From NCBI GenBank assembly GCA_964523765.1, contig CAZFZX010000007.1, positions 1 to 59,127 on the forward strand: DNA of 59,127 nucleotides, in the 5' to 3' direction. Origin of the DNA: an uncultured Enterobacteriaceae bacterium (GTDB taxonomy: Bacteria > Pseudomonadota > Gammaproteobacteria > Ga0077536). The notes under the pieces were generated by a model. That model had not been told where the DNA came from. It worked only from the letters and a program-made list of their open reading frames with translations, and did no database searches. The position numbers and the translations under genes were made by a program. Shown in pieces: positions 9,945 through 21,759 of the stretch. The stretch's first letter is position 1. Each line of letters starts with the position of its first letter.

Positions 9945-10306
9945 ATCGGCAACATGGGCCGATCGGTTCTCGGGCGCAATCAATTTGGTTGCGCCCGTAT
10001 TCGACCGAGACGCGGAGGCGCGCCTTCGCGAGGATTGCTCCGGGAACGCATGGTCGCCGTGCTCGTCGGTGCGGTAACGGCCATCCCCGCCTCGGTAGCG
10101 GTCCCGGTATCGCATGTCATTCTTAACCCTTCCAATGATTGACCTGGCGCGGGACTAATCTTGAGACCGGTTCGAATAGCAAAATCGATCGATTTGGCGA
10201 TGCATCCGACAATCGCCGGATGAATCGGAACGATCCACAGAGAACGAATCATTTGTCACCGACCGCTTCATTTTAGGCGCAAACGCCGCCGGGACCGATC
10301 CGCCCG

Positions 10307-11560
10307 TCAGAGCCTTTCCGGTGGTGTCAGGTAGCGGGCGTAGCTGCCGAACGTCTCCTTGGAGCGTTTGATTTCCTGGCGCGCGACGCTGCGAAGATGC
10401 ACCTCGTCCGGTCCGTCGGCGATCCGCAGAAGACGGCCGAACGTATAAAGGTCGGCGAGCGGTGTGTCTGGTGTGACCCCCATGGCGCCGAAAACCTGGA
10501 TGGCGCGGTCGACGACCCGGGCGTGCATTTCGGGGATCGCCGCCTTGATCATGGCAATCTCGCTCGCCGCGCCCTTGGAACCTACATTGTCGATCATCCA
10601 GGCTGTCTTGAGGACGAGGAGCCGCCCCTGCTCGATCTCCATGCGCGAACGCGCGATAGATTCGGCGACTTGGCCGTGCTGATGTAGGAAGTTGCCAAAG
10701 GTCTTCCGTTCCTGCGAGCGCTCGACCATCAGGTTGAGGGCGAGGTCCGCCATGCCGATACTGCGCATGCAATGGTGCACACGGCCCGGCCCCAGTCGAG
10801 CCTGCGCGATCATGAAGCCATCGCCCTCGTTCGCAATGAGATTGGACGCGGGAACCCGCACCCCCTTGAAGGTCACCTCGCAGTGGCCCTCGGGCGCTAC
10901 GTGGTTGAAGACGGACACATTGCGCACGATCTCCACGCCCTCCGTGTCCTTTGGCACGAGGATCATGCTCTGCTGGCGATGGCGGTTCTCGCAATCCGGA
11001 TCGGTCTTGCCCATCAGGATAAAGATCTTGCAATCGGGATGCGCGGAATTCGAGGTAAACCACTTGCGGCCATTAATGACATAGTCATCGCCGTCGCGCT
11101 GGATCAGTGTCTGGATATTGGAGGCGTCCGAGGACGCAACGTCCGGCTCGGTCATCGCGAAGGCGGAGCGGATCTCGCCATTGAGGAGCGGCACCAGCCA
11201 TTGTTCCCGCTGTTCAGGGGCGGCAAACAGGTGCAATACCTCCATGTTGCCGGTATCCGGCGCACTGCAGTTGAAGACTTCGGATGCCCATTGCACGCGG
11301 CCCATGATCTCGGCCAACGGCGCATATTCGAGGTTCGTGAGGCGGGTGCCCGGCTCATCGTCCTGGAGGCCTGGCAGAAAGAGGTTCCAGAGCCCTTCCT
11401 CCTTGGCGAGTGCCTTCAGGTCGCCCATGAACGAGACCGGATAAATGCCGTCATGAACCTCGTCCCGCCATTCACGGATACGCGGCACGATATAATCGTC
11501 CATGAAATCCTCGACGCGGCGCTGCAGTTCCTGAACCCTGGGGCTCGGCGAGAAATCCAT
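10307..11560 (-). CDS. acyl-CoA dehydrogenase, ACAD10/11 (LvaC-like) subfamily
   Basis: GLWNLFLP, LTNLEYAPLAEIMGR, EVFNCSAPDTGNMEVL, AMTEPDVASSDA, AQARLGPGRVHHCMR, RIADGPDEVH. Start at MDFSPS with AGGAG RBS. Confidence 0.93.
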   Translation of the reverse strand: MDFSPSPRVQELQRRVEDFMDDYIVPRIREWRDEVHDGIYPVSFMGDLKALAKEEGLWNLFLPGLQDDEPGTRLTNLEYAPLAEIMGRVQWASEVFNCSAPDTGNMEVLHLFAAPEQREQWLVPLLNGEIRSAFAMTEPDVASSDASNIQTLIQRDGDDYVINGRKWFTSNSAHPDCKIFILMGKTDPDCENRHRQQSMILVPKDTEGVEIVRNVSVFNHVAPEGHCEVTFKGVRVPASNLIANEGDGFMIAQARLGPGRVHHCMRSIGMADLALNLMVERSQERKTFGNFLHQHGQVAESIARSRMEIEQGRLLVLKTAWMIDNVGSKGAASEIAMIKAAIPEMHARVVDRAIQVFGAMGVTPDTPLADLYTFGRLLRIADGPDEVHLRSVARQEIKRSKETFGSYARYLTPPERL

Positions 11561-11647
11561 CTCTTGTCTCCTTATATCTGTTCGACTCGGCGGGAAGTCT
11601 ATCGCGGACGGAAGCATTCTGGAAATTTATTGTAATGATATAGTTCT

Positions 11648-11662
11648 ATACATTTCATGAAT
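11648..11662. promoter_or_regulatory. putative LysR recognition site (T-N11-A with dyad symmetry)
   Basis: ATACAT-TTC-ATGAAT in the AT-rich divergent spacer between the ACAD and LysR genes. Confidence 0.45.
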
Positions 11663-11679
11663 GCATTGAGGGCACAACC

Positions 11680-12567
11680 ATGCGGCTTCCGAATGTGGAT
11701 CTGAATCTGTTTGTCGTTTTCGACACGATCTATACCGAACGCAACCTCACGCGGGCCGCCGAGGTGTTGCATATCACCCAGCCGGCGGCGAGTAACGCGC
11801 TCGCCAGACTGCGGCGGACGCTCAACGACGACCTTTTCGTGCGAACGCCCAAGGGCATGGCGCCGACGCCCGTTGCCGACAACATCATTCACCGGGTGCG
11901 CGAAGCCCTGCAGCTGATGCATACGAGCCTCAATGAGGCCTATCTTTTTGATCCGGCGACGTCCGAAAAGCGCTTCCGCATCAGCATGAACGACATGGCG
12001 GAAGCGATCCTGTTGCCCGAGTTAGAGCGCATCCTCGAGGCGGAAGCGCCGCATATCAACATCGAGAGCTACTACACCGGCCGGCGGGACTTGGTGAAGG
12101 AACTTGCCGCGGGTTCGCTGGACCTATCGATCGACGTGCCGGTGGTCGAGGATCGCCAAGTCTGTCACATGCCAATCATGACCGACGATTACGCCTGTCT
12201 GCTCCGGAACGAGCATCTGCTTGCAATGGGTCCGCTCGCCCTCGACGATTATATGGGCCTCGGCCACATACTGGTGTCGAGCCGGCCCGCCGGCGCCGGG
12301 CATATCGATGCGGCGCTCACGGCGCTCGGCCGCAGCCGGCGTATCCAACTGCGGGTTCGGCATTATCTGGTGGCGGCCCTCATTGTCACCCAGACCGATC
12401 TGGCGCTCACCGCGCCGCGGAAATTCCTCAAGCAGTTCGACGCAGCCGTTCTCCCGCTACCGCTCGAGGTGCAGCCGATCGAGTTCCATATGTATTGGCA
12501 CCGCAGCGCGGACGGTGACCAGGCCAACAGCTGGCTGCGCGAGAAACTGCTGTCTGCGATCCGGTAA
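11680..12567 (+). CDS. LysR-family transcriptional regulator
   Basis: DLNLFVVFDTIYTERNLTRAAEVLHITQPAASNALARLR HTH; C-terminal substrate-binding domain ending WH...WLRE. Confidence 0.95.
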   Translation: MRLPNVDLNLFVVFDTIYTERNLTRAAEVLHITQPAASNALARLRRTLNDDLFVRTPKGMAPTPVADNIIHRVREALQLMHTSLNEAYLFDPATSEKRFRISMNDMAEAILLPELERILEAEAPHINIESYYTGRRDLVKELAAGSLDLSIDVPVVEDRQVCHMPIMTDDYACLLRNEHLLAMGPLALDDYMGLGHILVSSRPAGAGHIDAALTALGRSRRIQLRVRHYLVAALIVTQTDLALTAPRKFLKQFDAAVLPLPLEVQPIEFHMYWHRSADGDQANSWLREKLLSAIR

Positions 12568-12608
12568 TCCCGACCCGCCCCCTTTTGTCCGCGAAAGACA
12601 GTAGCAGG

Positions 12609-14192
12609 TCAATCGACAGGGGAAGCGAGGGGTTTTCGCTTCAAAAGGACACCCACTAACTGGCCGCGCTCGCCCGCCCCGTGTCGATGGACGGCAACGA
12701 CGTCGGTATCGTTTTTGACAAACTCGTAGGGAAACATCGAGCGGTTACCGCCCGCGGCGCTCGGCGTCACATAGTAATACGGGCAGCGACCGAGGCTCCC
12801 CGCCGCTATCTCCTCTTCCGACGGCGGCGGCCAGGCTATTCGCTTCGCCTGCACGAGGACCATGTTGGTCAGCGGTGTGTATACGCAATCGTCGGCGGCG
12901 ACGTGCGTCGAAATGTCGCCTACCGATTCACCCAGTCCCTTCAAGTAGCGGAATTCCGTCACGCCGGAACGCGGGCGGGTCGCATCGATCCAATACCTCG
13001 TCGTCCGAAAAGATTCGAATTCCTCGGCCGGTAACGGCCGCCACAATTGCCAGGTCGTACTCAATACGCTCGGGGCGACCATCGCCACAACTGCGGCGAC
13101 GAAGATCGTCGGCGCTTGCACTTTCTTTGGTTTCCACTTCGCGCCGACGAAGGTGGCGGCTCTGTAAGCAAAGTAAAACCAAAACGGTAATAGTGGGAAC
13201 AGGAACCGGTTCATGATCTCCGGAAACGGCCAGATCGCGACGATCGAGCAATACGACGCCACATAGATCGCCTCGCAGGGCGTCTGACGAATCGATGCGA
13301 CGAAACCCACGAACCCTAGTCCGAGCAGCGCCGCAACGAGGAATTGCTGGCCGATCGACAGATCGCTCAATTGCAACAGGTCATAGGCAAAGCCATGCCA
13401 CGCGGTAGACGCCGCTGTAGCGAGCTGAGCGTACACCCGGGCCGCAGTGTCTTCGCTAAAACTCGAAATGAGTAGATCGGTATAAGAATGCCCGGCGTCC
13501 CCCATGCCGAGGTTCGCGATTAGCGCTAGAAACACAGCCAGCGCCGCGCACGCCAGCGCCGCGCCTTTGAAAGTACCCCGATAACATACGAGCAAAAGGG
13601 CGGGAACAAACGCGACGCCGACCGTTCTGGTCGCGATAGCGCAGCCGACGACAAGGCCGGCCCAGACGCTCGAAACTACACTCAGCCGGTTGGATTGCGC
13701 GTAGCGAAATGCCAGCAACGCGAGAAACGTAAAGCACAGATAGAGCCCCTCGCTCCATAAATCGCTGACGTGGATCAGGGTAATAGGGAGGAGTGAATGC
13801 AGCGCGACGATTGGCAGCGCGTCTTTGCGCGGTACCGCAAGCGACCGCAGCCAGAGGTAGAACAGCAAGTGTGCTAACACCATGAAACCCGCGACGCCGA
13901 GCCGCGCGGCCGGGAGGTTGTCCGTGCCGGCGCCGAGCAATCCGAGAAGTAAGGGGAACAGTGTCGGCAGTTGACTGTATCGGCGAACGTGGTCGTAGAC
14001 CGGGAGGGTCGCCTCGAAATACGGCGAATAGACGTCGGCCATCAGCAGGTACAAGGCGTCGTCGGCCTGAAAGCCTACGTAGGGGTTATGCAAGCCGAGG
14101 TAACAATAGATTGCCGCAACCAGGGCAGCGATGATCGCCATCGCTGTCCATGTGATCGCGTTGCCCGAGGTCGTTCGACGTTCGCTCGACAC
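12609..14192 (-). CDS. polytopic membrane protein, GT-C (ArnT/PMT-like) glycosyltransferase-like
   Basis: Many hydrophobic segments; DD..Y after first TM, P.LFPLLL, WSEGLY, A..TRTVG, RFLFPLLP patterns seen in GT-C fold proteins. Confidence 0.55.
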   Translation of the reverse strand: MSSERRTTSGNAITWTAMAIIAALVAAIYCYLGLHNPYVGFQADDALYLLMADVYSPYFEATLPVYDHVRRYSQLPTLFPLLLGLLGAGTDNLPAARLGVAGFMVLAHLLFYLWLRSLAVPRKDALPIVALHSLLPITLIHVSDLWSEGLYLCFTFLALLAFRYAQSNRLSVVSSVWAGLVVGCAIATRTVGVAFVPALLLVCYRGTFKGAALACAALAVFLALIANLGMGDAGHSYTDLLISSFSEDTAARVYAQLATAASTAWHGFAYDLLQLSDLSIGQQFLVAALLGLGFVGFVASIRQTPCEAIYVASYCSIVAIWPFPEIMNRFLFPLLPFWFYFAYRAATFVGAKWKPKKVQAPTIFVAAVVAMVAPSVLSTTWQLWRPLPAEEFESFRTTRYWIDATRPRSGVTEFRYLKGLGESVGDISTHVAADDCVYTPLTNMVLVQAKRIAWPPPSEEEIAAGSLGRCPYYYVTPSAAGGNRSMFPYEFVKNDTDVVAVHRHGAGERGQLVGVLLKRKPLASPVD

Positions 14193-14204
14193 GCGCTGCC
14201 GCCG

Positions 14205-16070
14205 TTAGTTGGCCAAGATCCCGGAGTCGTCGGCAAGCGTTTCCCCGGGCGGCGCGTTGATGACCGCGAGAAATTCCACACCGTACCGATCCAGCTTTAC
14301 TTGACCGACTCCGCTGATATCGAGCATGGCCGCCAGCGTGGCGGGGCGGTACTCCAGCATTTCGAGCAAGGTTGAATCGTGAAATACTGCGTAGGGCGGG
14401 ACCCCCTGCTCTTTCGAGATGCGGCTACGGCATTGCCGCAAAGAACCCCAGAGCGCCTCGTCGCCCGCAGCGACCTCCGAACGGTCGCGGCGGCGGCGCG
14501 CGCGCCGGGCCGGCGTCTTCGGGTCTTCGCGTAACTCGAGGGCGATATCTCCCCGCAGGAGTGGGCGGCTTTCGGGCGTCAACACCAACGCTCCGTAGCG
14601 CTCCGGATCCGCTTTCACGAAACCGCGAACCATCAGCTGTCGGATAACCGACCGCCAACGTTGCGCGCTCAAGCCCTCCCCGATACCGAAGGTGCTGAGT
14701 TTGGTGTGCTTGTGTTGGCGAACTTTGTCCGAAGTTTTCCCCAGTAAGACGTCGATTACGTGGGCGGCCCCGAAACGTTGCCCCGTACGGTACACGCACG
14801 ACAGCAACTGTTGCGCGGGCACAGTCGCATCCCACGTGGTCGGAGGATCCAGGCAGATATCGCAATTGCCGCATGCAGTCGCCGGCTCCTCGCCGAAATA
14901 TGCCAACAACGCACGTCGGCGGCAGTCCGTTATCTCGCACCACCCGAGCAATGCGTCCAGTTTGTGCCGCTCGATGCGCTTGAATTTTTCGTCCGCCTCG
15001 GAGGCGTCCAGCATCTGCCTCATGCGCACGACATCCTGTAAGCCGTACGCCATCCACGCATCCGCCGGTTCGCCGTCGCGCCCTGCGCGCCCGGTTTCCT
15101 GATAATACGATTCGATACTTTTCGGCAAATCGAGATGGGCGACGAAGCGAACGTCCGGCTTGTCGATCCCCATACCGAAAGCGATCGTCGCCACGATCAC
15201 GACGCCCTCCTCGTGCAAAAACCGGTTCTGGTGTTCGGACCGCGTAGCGGCCGTCAAACCGGCGTGATAGGGATAGGCTTTGAATCCGAGTTCGGCCAGC
15301 CACGCGGCGGTACTTTCTACTTTCGCACGGGACAGGCAGTAGACGATGCCGCATGCATTCTCGCGGCCCGCGAGAAAGTTGGTCAGTTGGCGTCTTGCAT
15401 CCGTCTTGACCTGTACCGAATAGCAGATATTAGGGCGGTCGAAGCTACTGACGAACCGTTGTGGCTCGGTGAGCGCGAGGCGGGCAACGATCTCCTCTCG
15501 GGTACGGTGGTCCGCGGTGGCCGTCAAGGCCATCCGCGGCACTCCCGGAAACCGCTCGCGAAGCTGCCCCAACGCAAGATAGTCCTGGCGGAAGTCATGC
15601 CCCCACTGTGAGACGCAGTGGGCTTCGTCGATCGCGATCAGAGCGACCGTTGATTCGGCCAGACGCGACAGGGTGTGCTCGGCTACCAAGCGCTCCGGTG
15701 CGACATAAAGAAGATCGAGCACGCCTGCTCGAAGTTGGTCGAGGACCTCGCGTTGTCTATCAGCGTTGAGGGAAGAATTCAGGAACGCCGCGCGGACGCC
15801 CAGCTGGCGTAACGCCGCGACTTGATCGTGCATGAGCGCGATGAGCGGTGAGACGATCAGGGCGACGCCGTCTCGGATCAGCGCAGGGATCTGGTAGCAG
15901 AGTGACTTTCCGCCACCGGTCGGCATCAGGACCAGACTGTCGCGACCGGCAAGCGCGGTCTCGATCACCTCGTGCTGATGTCCGCGAAACCCGGCGAACC
16001 CGTATACCTTCTGCAGAATATCGACCGCCCGACCGTCCGGATCGGTGCTGCGACCGCCTATTTCGGTCAT
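14205..16070 (-). CDS. recQ: ATP-dependent DNA helicase RecQ
   Basis: [61 protein letters not shown] zinc site, RQC and HRDC (VPPYAVFHD). Confidence 0.97.
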   Translation of the reverse strand: MTEIGGRSTDPDGRAVDILQKVYGFAGFRGHQHEVIETALAGRDSLVLMPTGGGKSLCYQIPALIRDGVALIVSPLIALMHDQVAALRQLGVRAAFLNSSLNADRQREVLDQLRAGVLDLLYVAPERLVAEHTLSRLAESTVALIAIDEAHCVSQWGHDFRQDYLALGQLRERFPGVPRMALTATADHRTREEIVARLALTEPQRFVSSFDRPNICYSVQVKTDARRQLTNFLAGRENACGIVYCLSRAKVESTAAWLAELGFKAYPYHAGLTAATRSEHQNRFLHEEGVVIVATIAFGMGIDKPDVRFVAHLDLPKSIESYYQETGRAGRDGEPADAWMAYGLQDVVRMRQMLDASEADEKFKRIERHKLDALLGWCEITDCRRRALLAYFGEEPATACGNCDICLDPPTTWDATVPAQQLLSCVYRTGQRFGAAHVIDVLLGKTSDKVRQHKHTKLSTFGIGEGLSAQRWRSVIRQLMVRGFVKADPERYGALVLTPESRPLLRGDIALELREDPKTPARRARRRRDRSEVAAGDEALWGSLRQCRSRISKEQGVPPYAVFHDSTLLEMLEYRPATLAAMLDISGVGQVKLDRYGVEFLAVINAPPGETLADDSGILAN

Positions 16071-16351
16071 TCCCGGTCCGGCGCCGTATCAATACTGGCG
16101 AGTTCCCGCAGCGCAGCAAGTTTCTGTAGCAAGTACTCCGGCAGAGTCTCGGTCGGTTCCATTTCCAATTCCTCTATTTGGCGCGGCGCTGCCGCCGCGA
16201 TCGCCGCTCGTTCCGCGGGCTCGAGAGCGTGCGCTAAGGTCTGCCAGCAGGCGTTTTCCATCGCCGCTGTGTCCTCGATATCATAACCGTCCGGCGGCGG
16301 AAACTTCAGCATACAGATAAGATCGAGGCTTATGTCAGCGAGGTTGTCCAT
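16067..16351 (-). CDS. small acidic hypothetical protein
   Basis: 94-aa ORF filling the gap between the VOC gene and recQ; stop overlaps recQ start (ATGA). No recognisable motif. Confidence 0.6.
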   Translation of the reverse strand: MDNLADISLDLICMLKFPPPDGYDIEDTAAMENACWQTLAHALEPAERAAIAAAAPRQIEELEMEPTETLPEYLLQKLAALRELASIDTAPDRE

Positions 16352-16410
16352 TGAAGTCGTCTCAAAATGGTCGAATTGTGGTGGGTCTTCCGCCAGGGCG
16401 GCGCAGACTC

Positions 16411-16827
16411 CTAGGGCGCTCCGTCGGTGAAAAAGTTGAGTTCGATGGTGAGGCCGTCGGGATCGTCGACAAATAGCTGTTGCAGATCGAAATCGGGGAC
16501 AATCCGATGTTTGTACGGGACGCCCAGTTCGTCCAGCTTGATTCGGAATCCTGCAAAATCGTTGCAGCGAAAAGCGATGTGGTCCAAAGCACCCGTGCCG
16601 CCATCCGTCTGTGACCGATGTTTGCCGAGGTATTTCTCGAAATTGTCCGTGCCGTCGTCACCGGCGAGATGGACGACCGCCCGGCCTTCTGCGTAGAGCC
16701 AATAACCGGGAAATTCGAATGGTGGCCGAAGTCCGACTTCGAGCCCTAAAGTTTCCCCGTAAAAGTCCTTTGTGGCCTCGAGGTCGCTCGCATATACCAG
16801 AAAATGATCCAATGATTGCACAGTCAT
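16411..16827 (-). CDS. VOC (glyoxalase/bleomycin resistance) family protein
   Basis: LDHF...DLEATKDFY..LGL..G.RPPF.FPGYWLY; DHIAF; QLFVDDPDGLTIELNF. Confidence 0.88.
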   Translation of the reverse strand: MTVQSLDHFLVYASDLEATKDFYGETLGLEVGLRPPFEFPGYWLYAEGRAVVHLAGDDGTDNFEKYLGKHRSQTDGGTGALDHIAFRCNDFAGFRIKLDELGVPYKHRIVPDFDLQQLFVDDPDGLTIELNFFTDGAP

Positions 16828-16910
16828 GGCATGTCTCGTCTCCAAACCCTAATGGGTGGCTTCCCCGACCCGCGCCGGTCGACAAGCACTTCCGTCGGCT
16901 TGTACGTTAC

Positions 16911-16943
16911 TATAAATAACTTTAAATAATATATATAACTATA
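16911..16943. repeat. AT-rich dispersed motif, copy 1
   Basis: TATAAATAACTTTAAATAA-tata-TATAACTATA; 29/33 identical to 56159-56191. Confidence 0.8.
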
Positions 16944-16958
16944 GGTTTATTATAATTA

Positions 16959-17735
16959 TTATCTAGCATGATCGAACAATTCGAAAAAATTGGCGGTGGT
17001 CGCCTCTGCAATCTTCTCGAGCGGCAGACCGCGCAGCGCGGCGAGGGATTCGGCGACGTAGCGAACGTAGGCAGGCTCGTTTTGCTTACCCCGCCGCGGT
17101 ACCGGGGCGAGCCACGGCGAATCGGTCTCCAGCAGCAACCGATCGAGCGGCAGTCGCGTCGCTACTTCGCGAAGTTTGTCGGCCGACTTGAACGTCACGA
17201 TCCCTGAAATCGAGATGTGAAAACCGAGATCCATGGCGGCACAGGCAGTTTCCCAGTCATCCACGAAACAATGCATAACGCCGCCGACGTCTCTCGCGTT
17301 CTCCTCGCGAAGGATCGCGATGACATCCGCCGCCGCATCCCTCGTGTGAATGATTAACGGCTTGGCAAGTTCGCGGGCCGCGCGGATATGGCGCCGGAAG
17401 CGATCACGCTGCCACTCCAGTTCGCCGGTCGTGCGAAAGTAATCGAGGCCGGTTTCGCCGATCGCGACCACGGCCGAGTCGTCGCCGAGTTCGGTGAGTT
17501 CCGTGAAGCTCGGTTCGCGTGCGGCTTCGTCGGTATTGGGATGAACGCCTACGGATGCGAAAACGTTTTCAAAATCCAACGCGGCCTGACGGACCTCGGC
17601 AAATGTTTCGAGCTGAACACAGACACACAACATGTGCGTTACGTCATTGTCCGCCGCGCTCGCCACTATTTCCGGGAGCCCTCTGTCGGGGGACGCGATC
17701 AAGGGCAAATGACAGTGTGAATCAACGAGTTGCAC
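16959..17735 (-). CDS. tatD: TatD family nuclease (YcfH-like)
   Basis: DSHCHL, GVHP, AIGETGLDY, IIHTRDA, GVMHCF, ETDSPWLAP. Confidence 0.95.
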   Translation of the reverse strand: MQLVDSHCHLPLIASPDRGLPEIVASAADNDVTHMLCVCVQLETFAEVRQAALDFENVFASVGVHPNTDEAAREPSFTELTELGDDSAVVAIGETGLDYFRTTGELEWQRDRFRRHIRAARELAKPLIIHTRDAAADVIAILREENARDVGGVMHCFVDDWETACAAMDLGFHISISGIVTFKSADKLREVATRLPLDRLLLETDSPWLAPVPRRGKQNEPAYVRYVAESLAALRGLPLEKIAEATTANFFELFDHAR

Positions 17736-17792
17736 TTATACGGCGACTATGGAACGGACCCGTCGGCGGAGCGAAAAGCCCGCTCGACCGGT

Positions 17793-18149
17793 CTACATCG
17801 TGTGCGTCTGACGGTCGGATTTGAGCGCGCCGGCGAGCTGGGTTTCGATCTTGTTGCGGGTGGCGCCGTTATCGAGTTCGCTGAATTGGACGCCGATGCC
17901 TGCATTGCGGTTTCCCTGGGCGCCCGCGGGCGTGATCCATACTACTCTTCCGGCTACGGGCAGCTTCTCTTTGCTGTCGGTTAGGGTCAGGAGCATGAAA
18001 ACCTCATCTCCGATCTTGTAGCTCTTGTTCGTGGGGATGAATAACCCGCCGTTTTTGATAAACGGCATATAGGCGGCGTAAAGAGAGCTTTTGTCCCGTA
18101 TCGTTAACGATAGGATCCCCTGGCGTGGATTCTTGCCGCTTGCGGCCAT
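17793..18149 (-). CDS. pilZ: type IV pilus assembly protein PilZ
   Basis: GILSLTIRDKSSLYAAYMPFIKNGGLFIPT...THTM; canonical holB-pilZ-tatD position. Confidence 0.93.
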   Translation of the reverse strand: MAASGKNPRQGILSLTIRDKSSLYAAYMPFIKNGGLFIPTNKSYKIGDEVFMLLTLTDSKEKLPVAGRVVWITPAGAQGNRNAGIGVQFSELDNGATRNKIETQLAGALKSDRQTHTM

Positions 18150-18159
18150 CAATCTCTCC

Positions 18160-20802
<2,643 letters not shown>

Positions 20803-20806
<4 letters not shown>

Positions 20807-21630
20807 CGGCGGTGGCCGCCGGCAACTAGGGCTTCTTGCAGACGGCGGGTGTGCGCACCGATTGGAACCGATCGTTGTGGATCCGCATCGAGTCCAATGA
20901 CGGGCCATATACCGGCGATGGCATTGCTCAGGAATATTTCGTTTGCGCTCTGCAGGTCTCCGAGCGTCAATTCCGTCTCTTCGCCTCGGAGTCCGACCGT
21001 GGGCGCGAGTTCCAGGATGACGTCGCGCATTACGCCACGGACCCCACACTGATCGAGGCGTGGCGTCACCAATCGGCCGGGATACACGGCGAACAGGTTG
21101 CAGCGAGTTCCTTCAATTACCCGAGCGTCCCGATCGAGCATTAAAGCCTCCACCGCTCCACTGGCCGGTATTTCCATACTGGCAAGCACTTGGTCCAGCC
21201 GGTTGAGGTGTTTTAAGCCCGCGAGCGGGGCGTTCGAGGACAACCGATGTCGCGCCACGCAAACCCGGATCCCCGATCGTTCCCGCTCGGGGTAGCCTTC
21301 CGGCCACGGTCTGCGAGCGACGATCCGCGTCGCCGATGCCGCTGTCGGTGGTGTGTAACCAAGCCCGCCGTCGCCTCGTGTGACAACGAGTTTTACGACC
21401 GAGCGTTCGAAACCCTCGGCAACCATCTGCGTTTCTTCGTACAGCCGTGCAGAGTCGGGAACGTCAATGGCAAGCTGTCGGCAGCCCTTGGCGAGGCGGT
21501 TCATATGTCGCTGCCAGTTCAATACGTCGCCCCCAACGACGGCGATCGTCTCGAATAAGCCGTCGCCGTAAGCCAGGCCGCGGTCGAACACGGAGACTTC
21601 GGTGCCAGAAATGCCGTTGACAAGGATCAT
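20803..21630 (-). CDS. pabC: 4-amino-4-deoxychorismate lyase
   Basis: DRGLAYGDGLFET, GLKHLNRLDQVLA, GVRGVMR; fabF-pabC-mltG synteny. Confidence 0.95.
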
Positions 21631-21759
21631 CCGCAGCGCGAACGGCCTTCGAGGGGCTGCGATCCATTGCCGGTGGCGTATTCATACGCCCGTATTTGCG
21701 GCGCGAAAAGGAGCAACTTTGCGATGTCTAGCGCGTTACGCTTCGGCTCGAAAGGTCGG

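Noticed and set aside
20807-21049. Long N-terminal extension of MltG
   Set aside because: It overlaps pabC; the ATGA-coupled start at 20806 gives a normal TM-anchored MltG.
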